From the NCBI GenBank assembly GCA_965208655.1, contig CBDBPJ010000006.1, positions 117,167 to 181,166 on the forward strand: a stretch of DNA of 64,000 nucleotides, read 5' to 3'. The notes below the pieces were generated by a model, which was given only the letters and a program-made list of their open reading frames with translations, was not told the origin of the DNA and made no database searches. The number at the start of each line of letters is the position of its first letter. Position 1 is the stretch's first letter. The stretch is from Gammaproteobacteria bacterium (lineage in GTDB: Bacteria; Pseudomonadota; Gammaproteobacteria; Eutrophobiales; Eutrophobiaceae). Shown piece after piece: positions 40,524 through 51,050 of this stretch. Made by a program: the position numbers and the translations under genes.

Positions 40524-40902
40524 TCTTGGGGGTGGCAGCTTTGCCGATAGAATGGTTCGCCCCTCTCTTAAACACGGCTTCGCAATGAGCCATAATGAGG
40601 TTTTGTTCATTAAACCTGTATTGATGGTGTGGAAACATTTCACCGTCTATATTTTTTGTCGTTACTTTAAACATGACCAGCCACTGCCAGGCACAGGAAA
40701 CAAGTTATCCACAAGCCTGTCATATTTAACATAACACCCGATCCTTGCACTTAGGCGGGTTTTCTACAGGATGCTCAGCGGCGCGACCCACAGCACCAGC
40801 GCCTGTCAGGCTGATTGCCAGATCCAGTGATCCCTGAGCCGAGCACGGCTGCCTCAAACTACCGCCCCCTGACCCAGACTGATCCGGACGTTGTACTGAA
40901 GA

Positions 40903-42033
40903 CTAATTTCGTGTAACCAGAATTTTCTTAACCCAGCCGCCACCATTGCTGGTTTCGACCCTGATGAAACCGTTGTTTTCTTCACCCATGAAGATCATGC
41001 CATCGGACTTTTTCAGTTCGCCAAGCTGTTCCGCTCCAGTGGATGAGTCAGAGAGTAATTTCACGTTATCTATCTTTGGGTAGAGAATGTCACCTTCAGC
41101 AAATACAGCCCCGGCTTTTTTGGACCCGCCGGCAGCAGCTTCCTGTGCCAATGTGCCGACATCACGCTGCAAGCTCGGCTGACCGCGCACTGCCCTGACG
41201 ATGTGGTTGTAATTGTCCATGAGGCTTGCAACAATAATCTTGCCTTCATTGGTATTGCCATACCCGCCTAAACCGGCTCCAGCGCTGCCACCTATCAGGA
41301 CACCGCCCAGCGCCAAATCCGCTTTCTTGGAACTGCCGGTCGCCGAAGCGACTTGCACTCCCGAGCGCGCGTCAGAGACCAGCATACTGGTTTGCGCCTC
41401 TTTGAATTTAAGACCACCGACCAAACCGCCAATGAGAGACCCCGCGGAGCCGAACACACCACCTAACGCGGCACCGACCCCGCCACCCAAAGCGCCGGCG
41501 TCACTTTCCGAAAACACCACTGCAGGCCGCAGAAGAAAATCCGCGCTGACTATCTGACCGCCGCCGACGTTCGAGTTCTCTCGAAGCTGACCCGCTTCCA
41601 TCAGCGCGCGTTCCTGCATCATATTGTTCATTCCCTGACCGCGTTCTACGACGATGAAACAGTTGGACTGTTGTATCATCATGCGAACCACGCCAACCGG
41701 TGATTGCAAGTCATATTGCAACAATGCGCTAATGACAAAATCCTGCGGTTCTATGACAGCCATCGCGGCCATCGGTTGAGCACATTGTTCCAAGGTGCTT
41801 TCACTGCCTTGCGTCGAACCTGATGGACCGGCGGCGCCTTGTGCAACACTGCCGCCTTCCCCCTGTTTCATTTCGGTAACACCCTGGGCCTGCGCCAGCG
41901 ACATAACACCGGCAACCGGTAAAGCAATCAAAATGGTCTTCAAGGTTTGCCGAATAATAGCCAGAGAATTCAGGCTGAATTTTGTACCGTAGAAACTATG
42001 ACGCCTAAGGGCTTGCCTGCTTTTGTGTCTCAT
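40903..42033 (-). CDS. CsgG/HfaB-family exported protein with C-terminal SH3-like domain
   Basis: RMMIQQSNCFIVVERG.GM..M.QER.L; GQIVSADF; SH3-like tail. Confidence 0.75.
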   Translation of the reverse strand: MRHKSRQALRRHSFYGTKFSLNSLAIIRQTLKTILIALPVAGVMSLAQAQGVTEMKQGEGGSVAQGAAGPSGSTQGSESTLEQCAQPMAAMAVIEPQDFVISALLQYDLQSPVGVVRMMIQQSNCFIVVERGQGMNNMMQERALMEAGQLRENSNVGGGQIVSADFLLRPAVVFSESDAGALGGGVGAALGGVFGSAGSLIGGLVGGLKFKEAQTSMLVSDARSGVQVASATGSSKKADLALGGVLIGGSAGAGLGGYGNTNEGKIIVASLMDNYNHIVRAVRGQPSLQRDVGTLAQEAAAGGSKKAGAVFAEGDILYPKIDNVKLLSDSSTGAEQLGELKKSDGMIFMGEENNGFIRVETSNGGGWVKKILVTRN

Positions 42034-42393
42034 ACTACTTCTCCTAATATGCTTATTTGATGAGTAAGCGAAAGTCATCGTCTGTACACTCCGTTCCGTC
42101 GTGTGCGATCACGAATTTGCCGCTCCGTAGTCGATGGCACAATGATGCGGGCGCTACCCCGCGGGTAATTTGGACACTGTAGCGCATACAACCCCTATCA
42201 TCCAGTCCGACGGGAGTGTAAATGCGTCCATCATCATGGATAGTTTCCAGTTCAGGCGCATCATTACCTGGTTCCCTGTTACACCCAGTGACTAAATAAC
42301 TGTTCCTAACCATCGATCACTTTAAGGGAACTCGGGGGACATTCGTGGATCAGATCAATTAGACGATTTATCCACCCACGAAGAGGTCACCCG

Positions 42394-43320
42394 ATGAAAA
42401 CGAGTATAACATTGTATCGAGCACAAGGCCGTCGTCTTGCGCGTCAGGTTCACAAGAGCCGCGATGCGCTGCTGGTACGCCGTATCCTGGCCGTGCTATA
42501 TCTGGCCGACGGGCAGTCGGTGAGTGCGGTGGCGCGGCGTCTGGCCGCGGCGCGCTCGTCGGTAAGGCGCTGGCGGGCGCTTTGGCAGAGTTATGGGGAA
42601 GCCGGGCTGGCCCCGTGTCGCGGCGGACGCCCCGTGAGGACGATGAGGGCGCCGGTGCTGACGGCATTACGGGAGTTGGTTGATACCTCACCCCGGCAAC
42701 TGGGTTACCTGCGCAGTCGCTGGAGCACGGAATTGCTGGCGCAGGCAGTAAATCAACGCTTGGACACCGCCATCCATGCCTCGACCGTGCGCCGTTGGTT
42801 GCCCCGGTTGGGGTTTGGTTATCGGCGTGCGTGCCCGACATTGCACAAGCGCGACCCGCACAAAGATAACAAACTGGCTGTTATCAACCGGGCGCTACGC
42901 CGTTGTAGCGCCAAGCAGGCCCTGTTCTTCGCCGATGAGGCCGACATGGAACTGAACCCCCGCATCGGCTATGACTGGATGCGGCGCGGGCAATAACGCA
43001 AGGTGCCCACCCCCGGACAGAACCAACGCTGCTACCTGGCCGGGGCGCTGCCTGCCAACACCGGCAAGCTGGTCTGGGTACAGGGCCCGAAGAAAAATTC
43101 CCACCTGTTCATTGCCCTGCTGGAAACCTTGCACCGCACCTACCGACGCGCTAAGCGCTTATCCTGGACAACTACATCATCCATAAAAGTCGCACTGTAC
43201 AAGAGTGGCTGGTCAACCATCCACGAGTGCGCTTGTTGTTCCAACCGGCCTGGCATCCCTGGGTGAACCGGATTGAACGCTTGTGGAAAACCCTGCACGA
43301 CACTGTGACCCGGAACCATA
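42394..43320 (+). pseudogene. IS630-family transposase (stops/frameshifts)
   Basis: HTH N-terminus; RWSTELLA; FADEAD; QPAWHPWVNRIERLWKTLHD. Confidence 0.85.
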
Positions 43321-43406
43321 CGTAAAGTTCTTGGTGATGAATTGGAAAGAGAAAAACGTAAAACCAACGACACAGAACTTATCAGATAACACTGGAAAAC
43401 AAACAA

Positions 43407-43634
43407 ATGACTGATGCCGTAATAGACAGAATCCCGGCTAATCTGGGGGGCACACCCGTCTTCACAGGCACCCGGGTACCTATCCGTATTCTGATGGAGC
43501 ATCTAGAGTCAGGATATGACCTGAGTTATTTTCTGGAGCACTTCCCCTCTGTCAGTCGTGAACAGGCTGTTCAGTTAATTGAACTGGCCATAGAAAAACT
43601 GACGGCAGATACAGAGCATGAAGTTACTGCTTGA
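43407..43634 (+). CDS. DUF433 antitoxin
   Basis: LGGTPVFTGTRVPI...FPSVSREQ. Confidence 0.85.
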   Translation: MTDAVIDRIPANLGGTPVFTGTRVPIRILMEHLESGYDLSYFLEHFPSVSREQAVQLIELAIEKLTADTEHEVTA

Positions 43635-43746
43635 CGAGCCTGTTGACCACGAGTTAGCTACCCATTTCCCTGCATCAATAAGTGCAAGAGTGTATATGCC
43701 AGACATACGAATAGGACACGGCATTCGCCTTGCCCAATGTAAATAG
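43618..43746 (+). pseudogene. Truncated DUF5615/PIN toxin
   Basis: MKLLLDE start overlapping DUF433; only about 42 aa. Confidence 0.65.
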
Positions 43747-43748
43747 CA

Positions 43749-43887
43749 GGAATTCTGGGGACACAGCACTTAATTCCGCTCTATTGGTACAATAAAACCA
43801 GCAAGGAACATGTTATCCCGGCATGCCCTCCACGATAAGCCAGGACATGAGCCGCGACAGGATATAAGTGTCGTATCCCCGGAATTC
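43749..43887. repeat. MITE/REPIN-like inverted pair GAATTC(T/C)GGGGA..CACTTA
   Basis: Arms 43749-43776 and 43865-43887. Confidence 0.6.
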
Positions 43888-44029
43888 TATGCAGATTCCC
43901 ATCGCATGTTCCTGCCTCGCCGCTCCATCATGCCGACAGGGCCCCTGGTACACCGGCAACGGTTTGCATCGCCCTGGGCGGGCTGTATCGCCTGTGTGAC
44001 GGTTTTCAGGGCCGTCCTCCAGGATTCGT

Positions 44030-45211
44030 TTACCGTATAGCCGTAACGGAGGCTTTCTCAGCAGTCAGGTAACCAGCCCACTGCGCCATCAGCCGCCGCC
44101 GCAGTTCAAACAGGTCAGAGCGCTGATAGGCTGCCTCAACCCGGTTTGAATTGACGTGCGCCAGGGCCAGCTCGCACACCTCACGCGGCTGGTTGGTCCG
44201 CTCGGCGGCCCACTGCCGGAACGATGAGCGCATGCCGTGAGGCACACAGCCGATACCGGTTTCCCGGAGCAGCTTGCTGAGCGCATTCTTGCTTAACGCC
44301 TTGCAGCCCGCGCCGGGAAACACCAGCCCGGACCGGTCCGCATACCGGGATGCGTCCTTGAGTATCTCAAGCGCACGGTTTGACAACGGGACGCGGTGCG
44401 GACGTTTCGACTTCATGCTCTCCCCCGGTATCGCCCAGGTGGCGGTCTCAAGGTCGATGTCCGCCCAACGCGCCAGCCTCGCCTCGCCGGAGCGGACCGC
44501 GGTCAGCGTCATGAACTCGAAACAGGCCACGGTGGCCCAGTACGCACCGGATGACCTGACCTTCTCAATGGCTGAACCTACCTCCGAATACGGCAGGGCC
44601 TTGTGATGGTTGCGCACAACGCCGTTCTTTGGCAGCGCCGCCGACAGCGTCAGGGTCGGGTCGTCCTCCCGGTAGCCGTTGGCGATGGCCCACTTCATAA
44701 CGGCCCCGATACGCTGCTTGACCCGGCGCATGGTTTCCGTCCGGTCATGCCAGTGCGGCAGCAGGAGGGCCAGTATGTCGGACGTGGTGATGGCGTTGAT
44801 GCGTTTATGGCCTATCGTCGGCAGGGCATAGTCCCGCAGGGAGGCGCGCCACTGGTTGGCCGACTTGCCCCCGTCCCGCCAGCCTATAGCATGTATCCTG
44901 ATGACTTCCTCAGCAGCCTGTGAGAACAGCGGCATGCTCCCGCGCGGGTCGCGTCCTTTGAGTAACGCTTGGCGGTTTTCCAGAGCCTTACCTCTGGCCT
45001 CAGCCAGCAAGACAAGCGGATAGGCGCCCAGACCGATGTTGACGGGTTTGCCGTTTATCAGTAGTCTTTGAGACCAGGTCTTTGACAGGCGGCCGTTGGT
45101 CATGGGTTTGACCAGCAGGGACAGGCCATGACCGCCGCGGCCGTCGCCGTAGCGGCCCGGTTGGTTGACGGTTCTGACGAAGGAAGCTGAGAGGATTTTG
45201 GGTCGTTTCAT
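44030..45211 (-). CDS. P4-like tyrosine integrase (arm-binding + catalytic domain), intact
   Basis: YGDGRGGHGLSL arm domain, GLGAYP..LAEAR, catalytic R(SGE), K, HGMR, LAH, AAY. Confidence 0.93.
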   Translation of the reverse strand: MKRPKILSASFVRTVNQPGRYGDGRGGHGLSLLVKPMTNGRLSKTWSQRLLINGKPVNIGLGAYPLVLLAEARGKALENRQALLKGRDPRGSMPLFSQAAEEVIRIHAIGWRDGGKSANQWRASLRDYALPTIGHKRINAITTSDILALLLPHWHDRTETMRRVKQRIGAVMKWAIANGYREDDPTLTLSAALPKNGVVRNHHKALPYSEVGSAIEKVRSSGAYWATVACFEFMTLTAVRSGEARLARWADIDLETATWAIPGESMKSKRPHRVPLSNRALEILKDASRYADRSGLVFPGAGCKALSKNALSKLLRETGIGCVPHGMRSSFRQWAAERTNQPREVCELALAHVNSNRVEAAYQRSDLFELRRRLMAQWAGYLTAEKASVTAIR

Positions 45212-45485
45212 GACAGGATACCGTTATTTATTCAGTTATCACTTTGTGTAAAAGAATGTCTGATACGACGTAAGACGTCAACAGACAATAAAACAAACAA
45301 TATCAAACAGATAAGATGATATCAGGGAATGTAATGAAATGCAAAAAAACCGTCGGTGGCGGATTTCAAATCCGTCCCCGAAGCCTCTCGTTAACAAGCT
45401 GGAAAACCGGTCGTTATCCGTGCTGCGTACTTGCCATTAATGCTATAATCCAACAGAGTCGTCCGGAATATAAGGAGATATGTTT

Positions 45486-45725
45486 ATGGCTGCAATCATG
45501 TTTGATACTCATGCTTTCGTAAAACAACTGACCGAAGCCGGTATGCCGGAACGGCAGGCCGAGGTGCTGGCGCGTTCCCAGGTAACACTGATTGACGAGA
45601 AGCTTGTTACAAAGCAGGATTTGAAACAGGACTTGAGGGAAATGGAATTACGGCTGAAGTTACACCTCGGTTCCATGATGGTAGTTGCCATCGGCGTGGT
45701 TGCCGCGCTGGTCAAACTGTTGTGA
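45486..45725 (+). CDS. DUF1640/CCDC90-like small protein
   Basis: FDTHAFVKQLTEAGM.E.QAE...TKQDL; C-terminal TM. Confidence 0.8.
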   Translation: MAAIMFDTHAFVKQLTEAGMPERQAEVLARSQVTLIDEKLVTKQDLKQDLREMELRLKLHLGSMMVVAIGVVAALVKLL

Positions 45726-47719
45726 ACCCGGAACAACCCGGCGCACCTGAACATCTCACCCTTGCGAAAGAACTGATTCAAACCGCCAGGTTTGGTGATG
45801 CAATCTTTTCGCTGAAACAACTGCTTGCCACCGAACCGGAAGATGACGATCGGGTAGAAGCGCTGTACATGCTGGCCGTCGCGCAGCGTTACGGCAATCA
45901 GCCCGGTAATGCGATGGCAACACTCGAGAGCCTGCTTGCTGAAAACCCCGAACATGCCCGCGCCTACCAGGAACAAGGCCATATTTTCCTTTCTCTCAAC
46001 CGCAGCGAAGACGCTGCCCGGGCCTACGCCAGGGCAGTCGATCTGAACCCTGCCCTGAAAGCGGGCCTGAAAGCCCTTGTAAACCTGGAAGAACGGGCCG
46101 GCAGGAAGCAACAGTCCCTGCCGGCCCGTGAAAGGCTGGATTTTCTCAACCGGCTGCCTGCGGAACTGGTCAACGTGCTGGACCTCATCCACGAGGACAA
46201 GCTCTACAAGGCCGAACGCTTATGCCGGGATTACCTGCAAAAACATAAACACCACATCGAGGCCATGCGCCTCCTGGCTGAAATAGGAGTACGGCTGGGT
46301 ATTTACGACGATGCTGAATTCCTGCTGGAAAGCTGCGTGGAATTTGCGCCGGACCACGTTCAGGCCCGCATCGATTACGTCAATATCCTGATCCGGAAAA
46401 CCCGGTTCGAGAAGGCACACGAACAAGCCAAAATCCTGCTGGATCTGGAACCGGATAATCCGGGCTTCCAGAGCACCCTGGCCGGCACGCTCGTCGGCCT
46501 GGGCAGGTTCGATGAAGGCATTGCCCTGTACGAAAAGGTGTTGGACGCCCACCCCGGCCGCGCCGAGTTGCATGTTCAGGTGGGCCATGCCCGGAAAACC
46601 ACGGGCCTGCTGGATAACGCGATTCAATCCTACCGGGACGCGTACAGTCGCAGACCGGATTTCGGCGATGCCTACTGGAGTCTCGCCAACACCAAGACCT
46701 ATCAGTTTACGGATGATGAGATCGACCTCATCAGGCACAATGCCGACGCCCCGGGCGTATCGTTAAACGACCGGATTCACCTGTGTTTTGCCGGCGGCAA
46801 GGCGCTGGAAGACCGCGGGGAATATGCCGCTTCATTCGCCAGTTATGAGAAAGGCAATAGCCTCAAGATGAGGCAGACCGGCTACAGGATTGAAAAGATG
46901 GAAGCGCGCGTCCAGGCGCAGACAGAGACCTGTACCCGCGAACTGTTTGAGAAGCGGCAAGGTGTCGGGCTCGATTGCAGGGATCCGATCTTCATTGTCG
47001 GCCTGCCCCGCTCCGGTTCCACCCTGCTGGAACAGATCCTGGCGTCCCACAGCATGGTGGACGGCACCATGGAACTGCATAACATACTTGCGTTGGCGCA
47101 AAAACTGCGCGGACGGGAATCCGATAAGGCCTCAAGGTATCCCGCTATCCTGCATGAACTGGAAGAAGACTATTTCCGGCGCTTTGGCCAGCAGTTTATC
47201 AAGGATACCCGGATCTATCGCGCCGGTGCACCCATGTTCATCGACAAGATGCCGAATAACTTCATGCATGTCGGACTCATCCGCCTCATATTGCCGAATG
47301 CCAGGGTGATCGACGCCCGGCGCGAACCCATGGCCTGTTGTTTCAGTTGCTTCAAGCAGTTATTCGGTGAGGGCCAGGAGTTTACCTACGGCCTGGAGGC
47401 AGTAGGACGCTATTACCGCGCCTACGTGCGGTTGATGGACCACTGGGACCGGGTGCTGCCCGGTTTTGTCTTGCGTGTCATGCACGAGGACGTGGTTAAT
47501 GACCTGGAAACCCAGGTGCGGCGCATCCTGGACTTCTGCGGCCTGCCCTTCGAGGAAGCCTGCCTCAACTTCCACGAAACCGAGCGTAGCGTGCGCACAC
47601 CCAGTTCCGAGCAGGTCAGGCAGCCCATCTACCGCAGCGGCCTGGAACAATGGCGTAACTTTGAACCCTGGCTGAACCCGCTGAAACAGGCGCTGGGGCC
47701 TGAGATCCTGGGCGAATGA
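45722..47719 (+). CDS. TPR-containing sulfotransferase
   Basis: TPRs; PIFIVGLPRSGSTL; DKMPNN; RTPSSEQVRQP. Confidence 0.9.
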   Translation: MNPEQPGAPEHLTLAKELIQTARFGDAIFSLKQLLATEPEDDDRVEALYMLAVAQRYGNQPGNAMATLESLLAENPEHARAYQEQGHIFLSLNRSEDAARAYARAVDLNPALKAGLKALVNLEERAGRKQQSLPARERLDFLNRLPAELVNVLDLIHEDKLYKAERLCRDYLQKHKHHIEAMRLLAEIGVRLGIYDDAEFLLESCVEFAPDHVQARIDYVNILIRKTRFEKAHEQAKILLDLEPDNPGFQSTLAGTLVGLGRFDEGIALYEKVLDAHPGRAELHVQVGHARKTTGLLDNAIQSYRDAYSRRPDFGDAYWSLANTKTYQFTDDEIDLIRHNADAPGVSLNDRIHLCFAGGKALEDRGEYAASFASYEKGNSLKMRQTGYRIEKMEARVQAQTETCTRELFEKRQGVGLDCRDPIFIVGLPRSGSTLLEQILASHSMVDGTMELHNILALAQKLRGRESDKASRYPAILHELEEDYFRRFGQQFIKDTRIYRAGAPMFIDKMPNNFMHVGLIRLILPNARVIDARREPMACCFSCFKQLFGEGQEFTYGLEAVGRYYRAYVRLMDHWDRVLPGFVLRVMHEDVVNDLETQVRRILDFCGLPFEEACLNFHETERSVRTPSSEQVRQPIYRSGLEQWRNFEPWLNPLKQALGPEILGE

Positions 47720-49449
47720 GCAAGGTCGACCAATCAACCATCAAATCATTATTCGAGTTATACCGGGCCGGAGAGCACCGGACACTGCTGGAACGGACAC
47801 GTACCCTGCTCGAGACAAACCCAAATGAGTTGGCCCTGCACAGCCTGACAGGATCGGCCTGCCTGGAACTGGAAGAGTATGACGCTGCAATCCGCAGCTA
47901 CCAGGCGGCGCTGGCCATCAAACCGGATTTCGCCAAGCTGCATAACAGTCTGGGTATCGCATATCTACGCAGTGCACAGGTCAAGAAGGCTGCCGGGAGT
48001 TTTCACGATGCAGTCAGGCATGACCAGGAATTTGCCCAGGGCTGGTTCAACCTGGGCATAGTCTATGAGAACCGGCAACGGCCGGCGGAGGCCGCCGGCT
48101 ACTACAAAAAGGCGACGCTGCTCAACCCGGTCTATTACCAGGCTTTCAGTTCACTGGCCAAGGTGCTGTGGGAGCTGCGCATAACCGATCAGGTGGAGGA
48201 ATATTTCGAAAAAGCCCTGGCCATTGAAGAAAACTACCAACCCGCGCACCTGGGCCTGCTGCGTTTCCTCGAACAGAGCAACCAGCATGAAAAGCTGCGC
48301 ACCGCCGTGACCCGGGCTGGTAAGGTTCACGGCGCGCACGATATGGTCAGGCTCTACGAAGGCATTCTTGCTGATATCGAAGGCAGACAGGAACAGGCCA
48401 AGTTGCTGTTGGAGGAGTTCTCCATCGACCCGGTCGATGCTGTATCAAGTCACGGCGAGAGAACCCGGTTGGCGCGCCTGACCCATATCTGCGACGGGTT
48501 GAACGATACTGCCGCAGCGTTTCGATACGCACAAAAAGCCAACGACCTGTCGCGGGAAATAAGCGACGGCAAGGGAATAGACAAGACAAGATTCCTGCAA
48601 TTCGTGGAAAACCGCCGAACTTATTTTGTTTCCGGGAACATCAACCAGTGGCCGGACTACGTCTCCGGACGCGACCATTACCCCGTATTCATCATCGGCT
48701 TCCCCCGCTCCGGCACCACGTTGCTCGACACGCTGCTGCGGGGACACCCTGCAATCGAAGTGGCGGAGGAAATCGATGCCGTACCCAGGATGGTCAACCG
48801 GCTTTCGGGGGATGCGGACGAACGTCTGGACGCGCTGGCAACCCTTTCGGACAGCGACGTTGAAAGTTGCAGACGAACTTATCTCGACACGCTGGCGCGG
48901 CACGTAAAACCGGAGAATGATAACGCCATACTGATCGACCGGTTTGCCCTCAACATCATTTATACCGGCGAAATAGTTCGCCTGTTCCCGCAGGCCAGGT
49001 TTATCCTGCTGCTGCGCCACCCCGCGGATTGCGTATTGAGTTGCTTCATGCAGACCTTCTACGAAACCTCGGCAAACGCCGGTTTTTTCACCCTGGAAGA
49101 CAGCGCCCACCTGTACGACCAGGTATTCGGCCTGTGGCGGCAATACACCGACACCCTGCAATTGAACGTCCTACAGGTGAAATACGAAGACCTGATCGCA
49201 GAGGTTGAATCAACCTGCCGCCGGATAACGGACTTTCTTGAAATGCCCTGGCATCCGGGCATCCTGGAGCACGAACGAACCGCCGGGGACAGGCCTCTCA
49301 TCGGCACCGCAAGCTATAACCAGGTAACCCGTCCCCTGTATACCGAAGCCCGGGAACGCTGGCAGCGCTACCGCGCTGAGATACAACCGGTGTTACCGGT
49401 ACTTAAACCCTGGATCAGTTACTTTGATTACGAAGAACAGGTATGTTAA
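47716..49449 (+). CDS. TPR-containing sulfotransferase
   Basis: TPRs; PVFIIGFPRSGTTL; TASYNQV. Confidence 0.9.
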   Translation: MSKVDQSTIKSLFELYRAGEHRTLLERTRTLLETNPNELALHSLTGSACLELEEYDAAIRSYQAALAIKPDFAKLHNSLGIAYLRSAQVKKAAGSFHDAVRHDQEFAQGWFNLGIVYENRQRPAEAAGYYKKATLLNPVYYQAFSSLAKVLWELRITDQVEEYFEKALAIEENYQPAHLGLLRFLEQSNQHEKLRTAVTRAGKVHGAHDMVRLYEGILADIEGRQEQAKLLLEEFSIDPVDAVSSHGERTRLARLTHICDGLNDTAAAFRYAQKANDLSREISDGKGIDKTRFLQFVENRRTYFVSGNINQWPDYVSGRDHYPVFIIGFPRSGTTLLDTLLRGHPAIEVAEEIDAVPRMVNRLSGDADERLDALATLSDSDVESCRRTYLDTLARHVKPENDNAILIDRFALNIIYTGEIVRLFPQARFILLLRHPADCVLSCFMQTFYETSANAGFFTLEDSAHLYDQVFGLWRQYTDTLQLNVLQVKYEDLIAEVESTCRRITDFLEMPWHPGILEHERTAGDRPLIGTASYNQVTRPLYTEARERWQRYRAEIQPVLPVLKPWISYFDYEEQVC

Positions 49450-49489
49450 CGACGAGGGAGGCAGCCACCGGCTGCGTAACCCCGTCACC

Positions 49490-49620
49490 GGGGATCTCCT
49501 GAACTCCGCCCAAACCTACCGGCACGGTCGCGTGCAGCAGAAGTTAGTAGAACAGATTGCAACGCCATATTGCTTTACGATCCGGTTAACATTCGCTATG
49601 CAACAGGCACTGATAACAGG
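49490..49620 (+). pseudogene. M24 (Xaa-Pro/DddP-like) peptidase 5' remnant
   Basis: YRHGRVQQKL(fs)DCNAILLYDPVNIRYATG. Confidence 0.55.
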
Positions 49621-49681
49621 CGACGGCTGCCTACCTTTGACTAGTTGCCCGTGGCAGGAAAGCTGGTTGATCTGAACCGCA

Positions 49682-51025
49682 ATGGCGCATCCGGCAAATT
49701 CACCTTACGTTATCATCGGCGCAGGCATTCACGGCCTGAGCACCGCCTACCATCTCGCGCTGGAACTCAAGGCGCGCGGCAGGGGTTCAGGCAAGGACAT
49801 CATTATCCTGGACAAGTCAGGCATCTGCGCCGGCGCAACAGGCATTGCCTGCGGTGTCATTCGTAACAATTACTATCAACCCGCCATGCGCGAACTGATG
49901 GCGCACAGCGTGAAAGTCTGGGAAAGCGATCCCGAGTCCTACAGTTACCATGCAGTCGGCTACATGCAAATCAGTTGCGAAGCCATGCACGAGGACGTGG
50001 CGTCCATTTACAGGCAGCAAAAAGCCATCGGTTATGAGTCAACATTCATTGAAGGCGAAAAAGACTGCTTGCGGTATATGAAAGAAATTTTCGACGACTG
50101 GCAGGCCGGGGGCATCACTTCCATACTGCACGAAATGCCCGGCGGCTATGCCAATAACACCAGGGCCATGCAAGGCCTGGCCGGCAAGGCCGAAGCGGAA
50201 GGTGTTCGTATCCTGGCCGGCATTGAGGTCACCGGGTTCATCGAGGACAATGAAGGGGCGATAAGCGCAGTCATGACGGATAAAGGTATTGTCGGGTGTG
50301 ACTATGTCGTGATAGGCGCCGGCCCCTGGGCCAGGCAGTTCTGGGAGATGCTGGACATGCCGAAAACCATTAGCGTGAAAAACCCGGCCGACGGCGCCAT
50401 GGCTACCGATATTCCTATGTGGGTTTACTGGTCCCTGCAGGAAGGAACCCTGGGGGTAAACCCTGAAATGCAAAAAACCAACGATGGAAAAATGCCTCCC
50501 GTAATTCATGTGGATACCGATGCGCCGCTTTACTCCGACGTTGACGGCTCTTTGATTACCGACGAGTTATGGGGCATTTATTACAAACCCGATTTTCACT
50601 TTGGCGGTATTCAAGGCGGCGCGGCGCCGTTCAAGGTGGATAAAACCCCGGATGGGGTTGCAGTGGATCCTTATGGCCCGGAATCGCCCGAATTCATAGT
50701 CGGCCCTGAATTTGCCCACATGTGGGTATCGGCGCTGGCGCACTGCCAGAAACGCTTCTCTAACACTCTCCCAAAATACAGGAATGAACCTTCCGGCGGC
50801 ATCGGCGCCTTTACGCCGGACAGTTTCCCGGTGTTCGACACCTTGCGCGACAACTGCTACATGATTGCGGACTCCAACCACGGCTACAAAATGCTTGGCG
50901 TAGGCAAACTGGTTGCCGGGGAGATCTGTAACGGCAATTCCGACTTGTTGGAGCCCTTCCGGTTCTCACGCTATGAGCAGGGAAAACTACACCCCGTCTC
51001 AAACAGCCCTTTCCCCTGGAGTTGA
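49682..51025 (+). CDS. FAD-dependent oxidoreductase, sarcosine oxidase beta / N-methylglutamate dehydrogenase A-like
   Basis: VIIGAGIHGLSTAYHL, GATGIACG; DSNHGYK; ends LHPVSNSPFPWS. Confidence 0.85.
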   Translation: MAHPANSPYVIIGAGIHGLSTAYHLALELKARGRGSGKDIIILDKSGICAGATGIACGVIRNNYYQPAMRELMAHSVKVWESDPESYSYHAVGYMQISCEAMHEDVASIYRQQKAIGYESTFIEGEKDCLRYMKEIFDDWQAGGITSILHEMPGGYANNTRAMQGLAGKAEAEGVRILAGIEVTGFIEDNEGAISAVMTDKGIVGCDYVVIGAGPWARQFWEMLDMPKTISVKNPADGAMATDIPMWVYWSLQEGTLGVNPEMQKTNDGKMPPVIHVDTDAPLYSDVDGSLITDELWGIYYKPDFHFGGIQGGAAPFKVDKTPDGVAVDPYGPESPEFIVGPEFAHMWVSALAHCQKRFSNTLPKYRNEPSGGIGAFTPDSFPVFDTLRDNCYMIADSNHGYKMLGVGKLVAGEICNGNSDLLEPFRFSRYEQGKLHPVSNSPFPWS

Positions 51026-51050
51026 TATATATTTGTTCATGGGGAATACG

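Larger units (their letters stand above)
32215..45376. mobile_element. 13.2 kb integrase-bearing genomic island
   Basis: Exact 17-bp direct repeat CGGATTTCAAATCCGTC at 32215-32231 and 45360-45376; integrase next to the right repeat; repeated GTTATCACTTTGT at 32290 and 45235. Confidence 0.85.

Noticed and set aside
45340-45400. tRNA gene at the att sites
   Set aside because: Only a T-loop-like TTCAAATCC; no cloverleaf or CCA could be built by eye at any of the three sites
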